From positions 29,533 to 93,532 of IMG/VR virus record IMGVR_UViG_3300044712_000340: DNA of 64,000 bases, one strand, 5' to 3'. Made by a program: the position numbers and the translations under genes. Each line of letters starts with the position of its first letter. The stretch's first letter is position 1. This stretch comes from a virus. Positions 1 through 9,211 of the stretch are shown here, piece after piece. Below the pieces are notes generated by a model. The model worked only from the letters and a program-made list of their open reading frames with translations. It ran no database searches and was not told the origin of the DNA.

Positions 1-92
1 TTAAACTATATTGAAGAACATTCAGGAAATATAATATGCTATTTAGAAGAAGCAAGAAAAGCACTTAGAATAGCTGCTGGATTGGAGGAAGT

Positions 93-395
93 ATGACAAA
101 AGCACATAAGTATTTAAAAGATTTCCATTTACCTAATGATGAAAAACTCTTGCAATTAATTAAAAAAGTGCAAGAAGATACAATCAAAGAAACTGTTGAA
201 GAATGTTCTAAAAATTTATTTCTCATCGGGTCTTGGCAAGAACCTAATTATATGCAAACTATGGGATATAGAAATACTGTTAGTTTTGTTAAAACGTGGG
301 AATTAAAAGCTCTTAATCTTAAAGTAAGAATAAATATTGAAACAGATAAAAACCATGTTTTATCAGTAGCTGAGAAATTAATAAAAAAATTATGA
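93..395 (+). CDS. hypothetical protein
   Basis: 100-aa ORF in a run of overlapping genes. Confidence 0.6.
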   Translation: MTKAHKYLKDFHLPNDEKLLQLIKKVQEDTIKETVEECSKNLFLIGSWQEPNYMQTMGYRNTVSFVKTWELKALNLKVRINIETDKNHVLSVAEKLIKKL

Positions 396-619
396 CAAAA
401 GAAAGTACAATTAGATCTATTAAAGCTAGAATTATAGCTGAACATTCCAAGCATAGTAATTTAGATTGGATGGAAATAACTGCTAGAAAATTATATTCTG
501 GTATTATTCAAGATTTACAAAGAGATGCTTTTGAAGCTGGTAGAGAAGGACATATAGAAGTCATTGGAGCAACTTATTATAAAACATTTGAAGATTATTT
601 AAAAGAGATAAATGAATGA
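392..619 (+). CDS. hypothetical protein
   Basis: 75 aa, ATGA overlap; 'DAFEAGR...TFEDYLK' pattern typical of small phage early proteins. Confidence 0.65.
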   Translation: MTKESTIRSIKARIIAEHSKHSNLDWMEITARKLYSGIIQDLQRDAFEAGREGHIEVIGATYYKTFEDYLKEINE

Positions 620-767
620 TATAAAATATTTATATGGGTTTAATATAGGGATACTAGTAGAGTTTATAGTTAGAGTAGATTCTACTAATTTATTTGCTTG
701 GATTTGTCTTAGTTTATTGTTATTAATAGTTATTTTAGATACAATAGAAGAAAGAATAAAAAGATGA
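612..767 (+). CDS. small membrane protein (51 aa, not in ORF track)
   Basis: MNDIKYLYGFNIGILVEFIV...FAWICLSLLLLIVILD; fills the gap, ATGA overlap with helicase. Confidence 0.55.
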   Translation: MNDIKYLYGFNIGILVEFIVRVDSTNLFAWICLSLLLLIVILDTIEERIKR

Positions 768-2053
768 ATGATATAAAAAGTAGAAAACAAAGAGAATTTG
801 CTGATAAGTATATTGAATTATTTAATGATTATTATTCTATAGCAGAACCTTGTAATTTCTCTATTATAAGTGCCACTGGTACAGGAAAGTCTATGATTAC
901 TTTTCTTATTCTTGATGAAATACATAAGTATTTTGATAAAATAATTATATTAGTTAATGCTGATAGACTTAGAGATTTTACTTGGAAAGAAGAATTCAAG
1001 AAGTGGAATAGACAAGATATATTAGCAAAAACAGAATTAGTTAATTATCAAACTGCTTATAAATGGACTCAAGATAAAGTAGATTTATCTAAGACTTTTT
1101 TAGTATTGGATGAAATAGATTTCATTATTGGCACTGACAATTACGGGAGACTATTCCAAAACTACCCTGATGTTTCTATGTTAGGATTAACAGGTTATTG
1201 TGCTATAAGTAAAAGAGAAGAATTGAATAGAGTATGTAGACCTATTGTAGAATATACATTTGAACAAGCTGTAGCTGATGGAGTTATAAATGATGTAAAA
1301 TTTGTATTTGTTAAGTTTGATTTAGATAAAGAAAAATCTATAAAAGTAGAATATACTGATAAAATAACTAAACAAAGAAAATCATTTTATCAATCAGAAA
1401 ATGATGCTTATGATTATGCAGATGCTGCATTTAGAATAGCCTATGGTAAGTGGGATAAAGCTAATTCAGATTATACATTAGGTATGTGTACAGCTAAAGA
1501 GTTATCTAATCTTGAGTATGATATGAAGAGAAAAAGAGATGCTAGATTGAAAATACTTTATAATGGTATAGCATCTAAGAAGATAGCTTTAGGATTACAA
1601 GAATCTATTCTTAAGGAGTCTAATAATAAAGTTATAACTTTTAGTAGATATACAGCTCAATGTGATAATATTAACAGTTATACCTATCATTCTAAAAATA
1701 CAGACATTCAAAACGATTCTAATTTATCTAATTTTAATGAAGGTAAAATAAGAAGTTTAGGTGTTTGTAGTAAGATAGATAGAGGAGAAAACTTAAAAGG
1801 ACTGAATAATATAATCCTAGAAAGTTATACCTCTAGTGATACTATTATCACGCAAAGAAGAGGGCGCTCCTCACGGTTAGGTGTAAATGAAGTTGCTACA
1901 TTTTATGTTCTTCTTCCTTATTTTATGAGAAAGAACAAAGACAAGAGCTATACTTTAGCTGAAACTCAGGCTGTTACATGGGCTAAAAATATGTTAGCTC
2001 AAGAAGATACAAGTGATTGTAAAGTAATTGATTTACGAACAATAAAAGAATAA
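764..2053 (+). CDS. superfamily 2 (DEAD/ResIII-like) helicase
   Basis: Motif I SATGTGKS, motif II LDEID, motif III LTG, motif VI QRRGRSSR. Confidence 0.85.
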   Translation: MNDIKSRKQREFADKYIELFNDYYSIAEPCNFSIISATGTGKSMITFLILDEIHKYFDKIIILVNADRLRDFTWKEEFKKWNRQDILAKTELVNYQTAYKWTQDKVDLSKTFLVLDEIDFIIGTDNYGRLFQNYPDVSMLGLTGYCAISKREELNRVCRPIVEYTFEQAVADGVINDVKFVFVKFDLDKEKSIKVEYTDKITKQRKSFYQSENDAYDYADAAFRIAYGKWDKANSDYTLGMCTAKELSNLEYDMKRKRDARLKILYNGIASKKIALGLQESILKESNNKVITFSRYTAQCDNINSYTYHSKNTDIQNDSNLSNFNEGKIRSLGVCSKIDRGENLKGLNNIILESYTSSDTIITQRRGRSSRLGVNEVATFYVLLPYFMRKNKDKSYTLAETQAVTWAKNMLAQEDTSDCKVIDLRTIKE

Positions 2054-2054
2054 T

Positions 2055-2234
2055 ATGTCATCAGAGGAATTTTATAAAGAACAAAATGTTAAAGCTTTAT
2101 ATGATATGCCAGCAGGTATAGTAGCTTTGAAAGAAAAAGATTTATTTAAATTAATGGAAGATTACGCTTTACATTGTCAAGTAGAATCTGTAGTAGTTAC
2201 TATGATAGATAATAAAGTTTTAGAAAAAGATTAA
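2055..2234 (+). CDS. hypothetical protein (59 aa, not in ORF track)
   Basis: ATG just after helicase stop; MSSEEFYKEQ...LMEDYA. Confidence 0.55.
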   Translation: MSSEEFYKEQNVKALYDMPAGIVALKEKDLFKLMEDYALHCQVESVVVTMIDNKVLEKD

Positions 2235-2244
2235 AATTTAATTT

Positions 2245-2409
2245 ATGTGGTTATATAAAGCAATAATAGTAGCTATAGTTTTATTAATTCTAGTTGCTAC
2301 TATGTATATAGTATACAATATACTAGTAATACAAAGAAAAGATAAAAAAGAACTAGATGAGTTAATTAAAAGAATTAAGGAAAGTCATGACACAACAGGA
2401 GATACTTGA
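2245..2409 (+). CDS. small membrane protein (54 aa, not in ORF track)
   Basis: MWLYKAIIVAIVLLILVATMYIVYNILVI followed by a charged tail. Confidence 0.5.
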   Translation: MWLYKAIIVAIVLLILVATMYIVYNILVIQRKDKKELDELIKRIKESHDTTGDT

Positions 2410-2809
2410 TAATGAGTTAATTGCTGAATTTATGGGTATAGAAGTTACCAGATTTAAATTTAGAACTTGGGATGCTTTAATTATTGGGGATGAAGATGAT
2501 GCAATGGATTACGGTAATCTAGTTTATTATAATCCTAATCATAATTGGAACCAATTGATGCCTGTAGTAGAGAAAATAGAATCTTTAAAGATGGATACAA
2601 CTATCTCTATTTTTGAAGTTAAAATAGGTATTAACAGATGTTTTATTGAGAAGCATCCTCAATGGGATTGGAATTTTGAAATATACCCTCAACCTATAGA
2701 AATAATAGATGATTCTATTAATAAAATTGAAGTTGTATGGAAAGCAGTTATTGAATTTATAAAATGGTACAATGAACAAGGAAGAGATACTTCAAGTATT
2801 GATAGATAA
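2387..2809 (+). CDS. hypothetical phage protein
   Basis: NELIAEFMG...WNQLMPVVEKIE...VIEFIKWYN, a pattern recalled from Bacteroidota phages. Confidence 0.7.
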   Translation: MTQQEILDNELIAEFMGIEVTRFKFRTWDALIIGDEDDAMDYGNLVYYNPNHNWNQLMPVVEKIESLKMDTTISIFEVKIGINRCFIEKHPQWDWNFEIYPQPIEIIDDSINKIEVVWKAVIEFIKWYNEQGRDTSSIDR

Positions 2810-3221
2810 TAAAGTTATATTTAGATTGAATGATGAATACTTCTTGATTGATAAAAAAACTAATAAAGTTAAAGGTGGAAAATGTAAAAACTTACCAGAC
2901 AAATATTTAGGAGTTACTTCAAAACAAAGCTATAAATATTTTATGGAAGATTGTGAAATTCCTTTTTTTAGTTCTGGTAATTTAGTATATTCGCTTCGGG
3001 AGGAGAGCATAGGTGCATTAGCTGTATTGAAGACTATACTTGAAAATCCTACCATTGACTATTTAATTTTAGTTTCAAAAATCAAATCTTTTTATAAACT
3101 TCCAGGTAAAACAACTGTACATCCTAAATTTAGTAAATTCTTAGAAACAGGTGTTTGGGAAGGTGTCTATGAAAGTAAAATTAATAAAAACAACAATGAT
3201 GAATATGTTGATAGTATGTAA
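2772..3221 (+). CDS. hypothetical protein (possible helicase loader/initiator by position)
   Basis: 149 aa directly upstream of the DnaB-like gene; 'KFLETGVWE' C-terminal motif. Confidence 0.55.
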   Translation: MNKEEILQVLIDNKVIFRLNDEYFLIDKKTNKVKGGKCKNLPDKYLGVTSKQSYKYFMEDCEIPFFSSGNLVYSLREESIGALAVLKTILENPTIDYLILVSKIKSFYKLPGKTTVHPKFSKFLETGVWEGVYESKINKNNNDEYVDSM

Positions 3222-3224
3222 GGT

Positions 3225-4301
3225 ATGAGTTACTATGAAATAGCCAAAGAACAAAGAGATAGAGGTAAGTTAGGATTAAATAAAGGTATACCAATACTTC
3301 TTCCTAAGTTTAGAAGGTATATACCTAATATACAAAAAGGTAAGTTCTATTTGATAGCAATGGATTCTGGGACAGGTAAAACAAAGTTGACAAATTATCT
3401 ATTTATGTATACACCTTTCTTTCAATGGGTAAAAGCTAAAGGTAATTTTGATATTGATATTAGATACTACACAGCAGAGATGCCTATAGAAGAAATAATA
3501 GCAGAATTTCATGCTTATTGGGTGTTTCTTAATAGTCAAAAACTAACAGACATGGATCATATCTACTCTTTTGGTGAGAACAAGCTAGATAAAGAGATTG
3601 ATGATATGTTAGAATCTAATGAATGTAAAGATATTACTAAGGAATTTGAAAAGAAAGTAAAAATTATAAATGAATCCTTTGGTAGAAAGTATATTTACAA
3701 ACAACTAATAGCTAGTGCTGAAAGAAATGGTACAATATCCTGGGAAACCAATAATGACTCACATTTTATAAAATCCTACAAAGAACACAATCCTAATATG
3801 TATAATATCAATATAGTAGATAACTTTCAAAGACTGGTTAGTTTACCAGGTGAAAGTTCTAAACAAACTATTGATGAGTTATCAAGACAGATGGATTGGG
3901 GAAGACAGAAGTTTAACCAAATATGGGTTGGATTACAACAAATCAATAGAAACACTAAGAATCTTGATAGGTATAAATTAGGCCAGTATTTTCCTGGCCC
4001 AGAGTCTTTAAAAGATACAGAAAACCCTTTTCATGATTGTCAAGTGTGTATAGTTGGTATTAGTCCTAAAGCTTTAAACCTTAAAGAGTATGATGGGTAT
4101 AAAGTAGCTCATGACAAGGAAAGTAAAGGATTAATGGATAGACTTAGACCTATTAGAATATTGAAAAATAGAGGAGGTATATCTAATAAAACAGGATATT
4201 TAGGATTTCTAGGAGAATGTGCCCATTTCTTTGAACTACCAGAAGCAGATAAAATATCTGTTAAATTTTATGATGATTTTTATAATAATTATGGAGAGTA
4301 A
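3225..4301 (+). CDS. DnaB-like (SF4) replicative helicase
   Basis: Walker A AMDSGTGKT, YTAEM, Walker B IVDNFQ, LQQINR, LKDT, ILKNRGG. Confidence 0.8.
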   Translation: MSYYEIAKEQRDRGKLGLNKGIPILLPKFRRYIPNIQKGKFYLIAMDSGTGKTKLTNYLFMYTPFFQWVKAKGNFDIDIRYYTAEMPIEEIIAEFHAYWVFLNSQKLTDMDHIYSFGENKLDKEIDDMLESNECKDITKEFEKKVKIINESFGRKYIYKQLIASAERNGTISWETNNDSHFIKSYKEHNPNMYNINIVDNFQRLVSLPGESSKQTIDELSRQMDWGRQKFNQIWVGLQQINRNTKNLDRYKLGQYFPGPESLKDTENPFHDCQVCIVGISPKALNLKEYDGYKVAHDKESKGLMDRLRPIRILKNRGGISNKTGYLGFLGECAHFFELPEADKISVKFYDDFYNNYGE

Positions 4302-4456
4302 TGTTACACCAAGAGAAAATATTAAAAGAAATTTTAGTTGATTCATATCGTACATGTGATAAATGCAATAAAACTATACAAGAATGTAGTGAAGAACTAA
4401 TAAAGCTACTTGAAGAAAATGAGTACAATGTACAGCATAAAACATGGGATATTTAA
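4301..4456 (+). CDS. hypothetical protein (51 aa, not in ORF track)
   Basis: TAATG coupling with helicase stop; contains CDKC. Confidence 0.5.
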   Translation: MLHQEKILKEILVDSYRTCDKCNKTIQECSEELIKLLEENEYNVQHKTWDI

Positions 4457-4465
4457 CTAGTAATT

Positions 4466-4639
4466 ATGATAGTAGAAGTAACATATCAATCAAGTGATTT
4501 GTATAGAGGTAAATGCTCAAATTGTGGTGAATGGACTACTACTCTTGTTAAAGGAGAAGGTAGGTGTATTGACTGCATTGAAGATGAGAGATTCTTTGAT
4601 GAAACTATGAAAATAAAACAAAATGAAATTAGAGATTGA
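4466..4639 (+). CDS. small zinc-finger protein (57 aa, not in ORF track)
   Basis: CSNC...CIDC. Confidence 0.55.
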   Translation: MIVEVTYQSSDLYRGKCSNCGEWTTTLVKGEGRCIDCIEDERFFDETMKIKQNEIRD

Positions 4640-4641
4640 GT

Positions 4642-4827
4642 ATGGAAGAAGACAATGATGTTACAGAAAATACTGTTTTACCTAAATTAATACTAGAATC
4701 TAAAGGTATGAAATTGAATGGTAAACAGTATGAGAAGCTTATTACTTTTCTTGAAAAGTTCAGAGAAGATTTAAGCTATACTTCAGAATTTATAATAACA
4801 GGTTTTTATATTAATTATACAGAGTAA
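4642..4827 (+). CDS. hypothetical protein
   Basis: ORF track 4636..4827; ATG at 4642 preferred. Confidence 0.5.
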   Translation: MEEDNDVTENTVLPKLILESKGMKLNGKQYEKLITFLEKFREDLSYTSEFIITGFYINYTE

Positions 4828-5531
4828 TGGCAGATATTATATTAAATATTGGAAAATCAGGTAGTGGTAAAACTTCAGGTCTAAGAAATTTACCAGCAGA
4901 AAAAACATTTATGATTAGACCAAACAGTAAATCTTTACCTTTTCCTGGTGGAGATAAGAATTTTGTAGAAGGTAAAAATTTGTTGATTACAGATGCTATG
5001 TCTACTGTAAAATCTACTTTGATTCAAGCTAGTAAAGCAGCTAATAATCCTTATAAGTACTACATAATTGAAGATTTAAATCATTTCTTTAATGCAAGAA
5101 CTACAAGTGATGCTTTTATAGCTCAAAATTCAGGGGGTGCAGCTTTCAGTAAATGGAATCAATTTGCAGCAGATATTATACAATCATTTATTGTAGTAGC
5201 TAAAGCTTTACCAGCAGATAGTTATTTGATTATCTTAGCTCATACAGAGGAAAAAGATGATGGTACTATTGGAATGCAAACATCAGGTAAATTGTTAGAA
5301 AGTAATCTTTATATTCCTGGATATGTAACTTATGTATTACATAGCATGATTACAGGGGATGCTAAAGATCCTAATTATGTGTATTTAACTAATGCGGATG
5401 GATTACATTTAGCTAAATCACCGGCAGGTAGTTTAGATAAAACTATGCCTAATGATATGTACAAAGTTGTATTAGCTGTAGACGCTTATAAAAAAGGTGA
5501 AAGTAAAGTTCAAGTTAAATGGAAAGAATAA
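4827..5531 (+). CDS. AAA_24/Sak4-like P-loop ATPase (single-strand annealing/recombination)
   Basis: GKSGSGKT, IIEDLN, ILAH, AKSP motif; 234 aa. Confidence 0.75.
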   Translation: MADIILNIGKSGSGKTSGLRNLPAEKTFMIRPNSKSLPFPGGDKNFVEGKNLLITDAMSTVKSTLIQASKAANNPYKYYIIEDLNHFFNARTTSDAFIAQNSGGAAFSKWNQFAADIIQSFIVVAKALPADSYLIILAHTEEKDDGTIGMQTSGKLLESNLYIPGYVTYVLHSMITGDAKDPNYVYLTNADGLHLAKSPAGSLDKTMPNDMYKVVLAVDAYKKGESKVQVKWKE

Positions 5532-5556
5532 TTATTAATATATTAAAAATCAAATT

Positions 5557-6312
5557 ATGGTAGGAATAGGTATCAATGAAAATGTAACAATTAGTAGTGA
5601 AACAAAAATTAATGATAAAGGTACATTAGAATTAATTTTAAAACAAGGCAGTTTGTCAGAAGAAGAAAAAGTGTTAGCTTCTTTAGGGGGTAACGATGTA
5701 GATGATAAATCTACTAAATTATTATTGTTTAATCCAAAACTAACTAATGATAGTACTGGTGTAGTAAAAGCTCCTGGTCAAATTATGAAAGAAATTCAAG
5801 ATTTTAGAAAACAACTGGCTGAATTTCTATTGTGTTATATGACTACAGAGGAAGTAGAATCTTTATTTGGCTCAAATATTCCAAAGACTTTATCTAAAAT
5901 TGAAGATGATAAAGCTTTTGTTGTAGCATTAAAGAAAGACACTACTGTAGATGCTATTACAACAGGGATGGTTACATTATTTGTTAAGTTATGTAAAGAG
6001 AATAATATATTTGATAGTAAGAAAACATTTAGATTGAAACTTTGGAGACAAAAGAAAGAGAAGAACTTTCCTAAACTTCCAGCAGGGTTTTCTAAATGGG
6101 TTGAGCCTATGGACGTACCTACACCCAAAGTTAAAATTGAAAAATTTGATGAACAGCCTTATGATAGTACAACTAAATTATGTAGAGTAAGTAAAGAACC
6201 TATGGAAGCGGATACAATTTCTCCAGAAGTTGTAGAAACTACCAACAGTGTATTTAATAATTTAGAAGAAGAATCTAAAGGGTTTGTATTTCCAGATTCA
6301 TTAAATTCATAA
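5557..6312 (+). CDS. hypothetical protein, candidate ssDNA-binding protein
   Basis: Lies between Sak4-like ATPase and primase; acidic C-terminal tail. Function inferred from position only. Confidence 0.4.
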   Translation: MVGIGINENVTISSETKINDKGTLELILKQGSLSEEEKVLASLGGNDVDDKSTKLLLFNPKLTNDSTGVVKAPGQIMKEIQDFRKQLAEFLLCYMTTEEVESLFGSNIPKTLSKIEDDKAFVVALKKDTTVDAITTGMVTLFVKLCKENNIFDSKKTFRLKLWRQKKEKNFPKLPAGFSKWVEPMDVPTPKVKIEKFDEQPYDSTTKLCRVSKEPMEADTISPEVVETTNSVFNNLEEESKGFVFPDSLNS

Positions 6313-6319
6313 AAAAAAT

Positions 6320-7354
6320 ATGTGTTTAGTAGATGAGTTAGTAAATGAAAGCTTGTCTATTACAAACATATTAAGGTATATTGATGATTACTCAATATAT
6401 TCTAAATATATAGGAGAAGAGTTAGAGTTAAATACTTGTTACTCTTCTCCCATTAGAGAAGGGGATGATATACCTTCCTTTTGTTTGTATAAGACAAATA
6501 ATAAAATTAAATTCAAGGATTTTGCAAGAGCAGAACTGAAAGGAGATATTTTTGATTTTGTAAAAATACTTATAGGAAAGGAAAAATTCAAAGAAATCCC
6601 CTTGTATAGAGTATTACAACAAATAGATTCTGATTTTCAATTAGGTCTATATACAGATGTAGGAGAGTTACCTAAACTACAAATAAGAAAAATAAGTGAT
6701 ATTAAAGTTAAAGATAAATACACTATTAATGTTACTTCCCACAAAATACCAACACAAGAATTTACAGATTATTGGGAAAATAAATATGATATAACAGAGG
6801 ATATATTAAAAATGTACAATTGTACCAATCCTCAAATATTACACTTTACCTCTAAATCAAATAAATTTCATGTATACCCTAAAAGTTTATGCATATCTTA
6901 TCAGATAGGAGGAAAATATAAAATTTATTTTCCATTCGAACATAAATCAAAAAAATTCAGAAATGACTTTCCTTCCAATTGGGTAGAAGGTTATATGCAA
7001 CTAAAAAGGAAGAATAATTTCTTTATTATAACTAAAGCCATGAAAGAAGTTATGTTTTTTAGAAAGCATTTTGATTGGGACACAGTAGCAGGTAAATCAG
7101 AAACTACGATGATACCAAATCATCTTATGATAAAACTCTTTAATGATTATGAAAAAGGTTATATATGGTTAGATAGGGATGAAGCAGGTAGACAATCTCA
7201 AAAAGATTATATTGCTAAATACCCTAATTTAATACCAATAGTATATCCTGATTATATAACACAAAAAGACGTAACTGATAGGTATGATTTTATGAAACAG
7301 GCTGGATTACAGCAAATTGCATTAAATGAAATAAAACAATTAATAAATAAATAA
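6320..7354 (+). CDS. DNA primase (DnaG-like, crAss type)
   Basis: SPIRE..PSF, FKDF..GDIFDFV N-terminal domain; TOPRIM-like IITKAMKEV and WLDRDEAG; KDVTD. Confidence 0.8.
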   Translation: MCLVDELVNESLSITNILRYIDDYSIYSKYIGEELELNTCYSSPIREGDDIPSFCLYKTNNKIKFKDFARAELKGDIFDFVKILIGKEKFKEIPLYRVLQQIDSDFQLGLYTDVGELPKLQIRKISDIKVKDKYTINVTSHKIPTQEFTDYWENKYDITEDILKMYNCTNPQILHFTSKSNKFHVYPKSLCISYQIGGKYKIYFPFEHKSKKFRNDFPSNWVEGYMQLKRKNNFFIITKAMKEVMFFRKHFDWDTVAGKSETTMIPNHLMIKLFNDYEKGYIWLDRDEAGRQSQKDYIAKYPNLIPIVYPDYITQKDVTDRYDFMKQAGLQQIALNEIKQLINK

Positions 7355-7357
7355 AGT

Positions 7358-7966
7358 ATGAAAACAATTAAATTAAAGTTATTAACTCAAAATCAATTAC
7401 AACCAATTACAACAAATGCAAGTACTTTTGCAGAATTTAAAGCAGATGAACAAGTTAAAGCTTTAGGTATTGATTGGAGTAGTCATAAATTAATAGACAG
7501 GGCTACAAGGGCTACATTTGAATTGGACGAAGCTAAGATGCCAGAAGTAGACTCCATCATGTTTGTTACCCCTACTAAAACTAAATCAGGCATGTTATCT
7601 TATAAAGAAGCCAAAGAAGAAATTCAAAAACTTATATCTGAAGGTAAAATTGAGAAAATCAGTTGGGTAGGTAAATCCACTAAAGATTTGAATGATCTTT
7701 TACAAAAATCTTTTACAGAAAAAACTGGGAAATTAGTTACTGAAAAAGTAGCACAAGAATTAAACGAAAAGGATACTATTGTAGAAGAAATTCAAGAGTT
7801 ACTTACTAAAGTATCTAACAAAGTAAATGAATTATCTAAATTATCAGGTAATGATACTTCTGTTCTTGCTAAAGAACTTAAAGAGTTTAAAGAAAACTTA
7901 GCAGATTTTGTCACTAATGATGATCTAACTAAGGAGTTAAAAGATATTCAAAGCAGACTTAAATAA
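7358..7966 (+). CDS. candidate ubiquitin-like protein precursor (78-aa beta-grasp-like domain ending KTKSG, plus helical/coiled-coil extension)
   Basis: Strand-strand-helix-strand pattern (KTIKLKLL, QPITTN, TFAEFK, IMFVTP); Gly78; adjacent to E2/JAB/E1 genes. Confidence 0.6.
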   Translation: MKTIKLKLLTQNQLQPITTNASTFAEFKADEQVKALGIDWSSHKLIDRATRATFELDEAKMPEVDSIMFVTPTKTKSGMLSYKEAKEEIQKLISEGKIEKISWVGKSTKDLNDLLQKSFTEKTGKLVTEKVAQELNEKDTIVEEIQELLTKVSNKVNELSKLSGNDTSVLAKELKEFKENLADFVTNDDLTKELKDIQSRLK

Positions 7967-7970
7967 TAGT

Positions 7971-7992
7971 AAAGAGCCGAAAGGCTCTTTTT
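7971..7992 (+). terminator. intrinsic terminator, GAAA tetraloop
   Basis: AAAGAGCC-GAAA-GGCTCTTT-TT. Confidence 0.8.
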
Positions 7993-8011
7993 CATTTTAA
8001 ATAGTTATAAA

Positions 8012-9211
8012 ATGGTGATACCAGAAGAATTATTAAAAATGTCAGAAAAAGAGCTTAAAGAGGCTCTACCTGATAATATATTTAAAGCAACCTACATACA
8101 ACATCACTCAGAAATATATAAAATACTACATAAATTAAATAAAATTTTAACTGTTTATTCTTACACTGATAAAGTTATCACTACAATATCTAATCAATTA
8201 CACGAGGATTACTATGAGCCTTTTACAATAAGTAGCTTTAAAATTGCAGTAGAAAGTAAGAGAGAAAAATATTTAAAAACTTTAGATGTAGATAAGTTCA
8301 TTAATTGGATAGAAAGTGTAGTAAAATCTTATATAGACGAAGATAAATATGATATACAAAAAATAAATGAAAGTAGAGTAGAGTTAATACTATACTATCC
8401 TGAAATATCTATTACTAATAGTGTAGAATTTAAGCATACTTTAAGAGATGTATATTTAAAGTATATATTTATTAAATCAAAAAATCTATGGGGATTTAAT
8501 TCTATATCTATGTGTAGAAATACTTATACTGAAAAAGAATGGTTAGATTATTATATGCATTCTCATATCGCTGTGTCTTACTTAAATTCATATTCTTCTA
8601 GTTTTTGTATGGGCAGTAATACTCCTACAAGTAACTTGTTAACTCAGTTTCAAAAAAATTTATTAAAATTTAGAGAATTTATACTATTATTTGAAGCTTA
8701 TTTAAGTTGGGAAAGCATAGAAGGTAAACCTTATAGGTATATAGAAAATGTATTGAAACCTATAGAAGCTAATTATGATTTTATAGGTTTAGAAGTTATA
8801 CCTGATTACATTACTGTAGTATATACTTTAACTAAAAGAGTTTTAAGTATTTTACAAGATATACAATTTGACTATATTCCTCTTGTATTTAGTAGAAATT
8901 ACACTATTATATTAAAACAATCTACTGTAGATGAAATAGATGAACTACTTACTAAAGAATACCCTGAGTATTGTTATACTGTTTTAGATGACAATACAGT
9001 AAAATTAAAAGAAAGAGTTAGATTAACTGTAAATGGTAAACATACTGATATTTATTTTAAAGGTGAGAATAAATTAATAACTATAATCCCTGAAAAAGAT
9101 ACAGTTAAAGAAGATTTACCTATAAAAATACATAGAAGTTTATTAAATTCAGTAACAAAAGAGATTAAAGAGCAATTCGAACAATTTATAATTAATAAAA
9201 TATTAGGATGA
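8012..9211 (+). CDS. prokaryotic E2-like (UBC-fold) protein
   Basis: YMHSHI...SFCMG (H183, H185, C199) matches the HPN/HxH...hC(L/M)G E2 signature; followed by WESIEGKPY. Confidence 0.6.
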   Translation: MVIPEELLKMSEKELKEALPDNIFKATYIQHHSEIYKILHKLNKILTVYSYTDKVITTISNQLHEDYYEPFTISSFKIAVESKREKYLKTLDVDKFINWIESVVKSYIDEDKYDIQKINESRVELILYYPEISITNSVEFKHTLRDVYLKYIFIKSKNLWGFNSISMCRNTYTEKEWLDYYMHSHIAVSYLNSYSSSFCMGSNTPTSNLLTQFQKNLLKFREFILLFEAYLSWESIEGKPYRYIENVLKPIEANYDFIGLEVIPDYITVVYTLTKRVLSILQDIQFDYIPLVFSRNYTIILKQSTVDEIDELLTKEYPEYCYTVLDDNTVKLKERVRLTVNGKHTDIYFKGENKLITIIPEKDTVKEDLPIKIHRSLLNSVTKEIKEQFEQFIINKILG

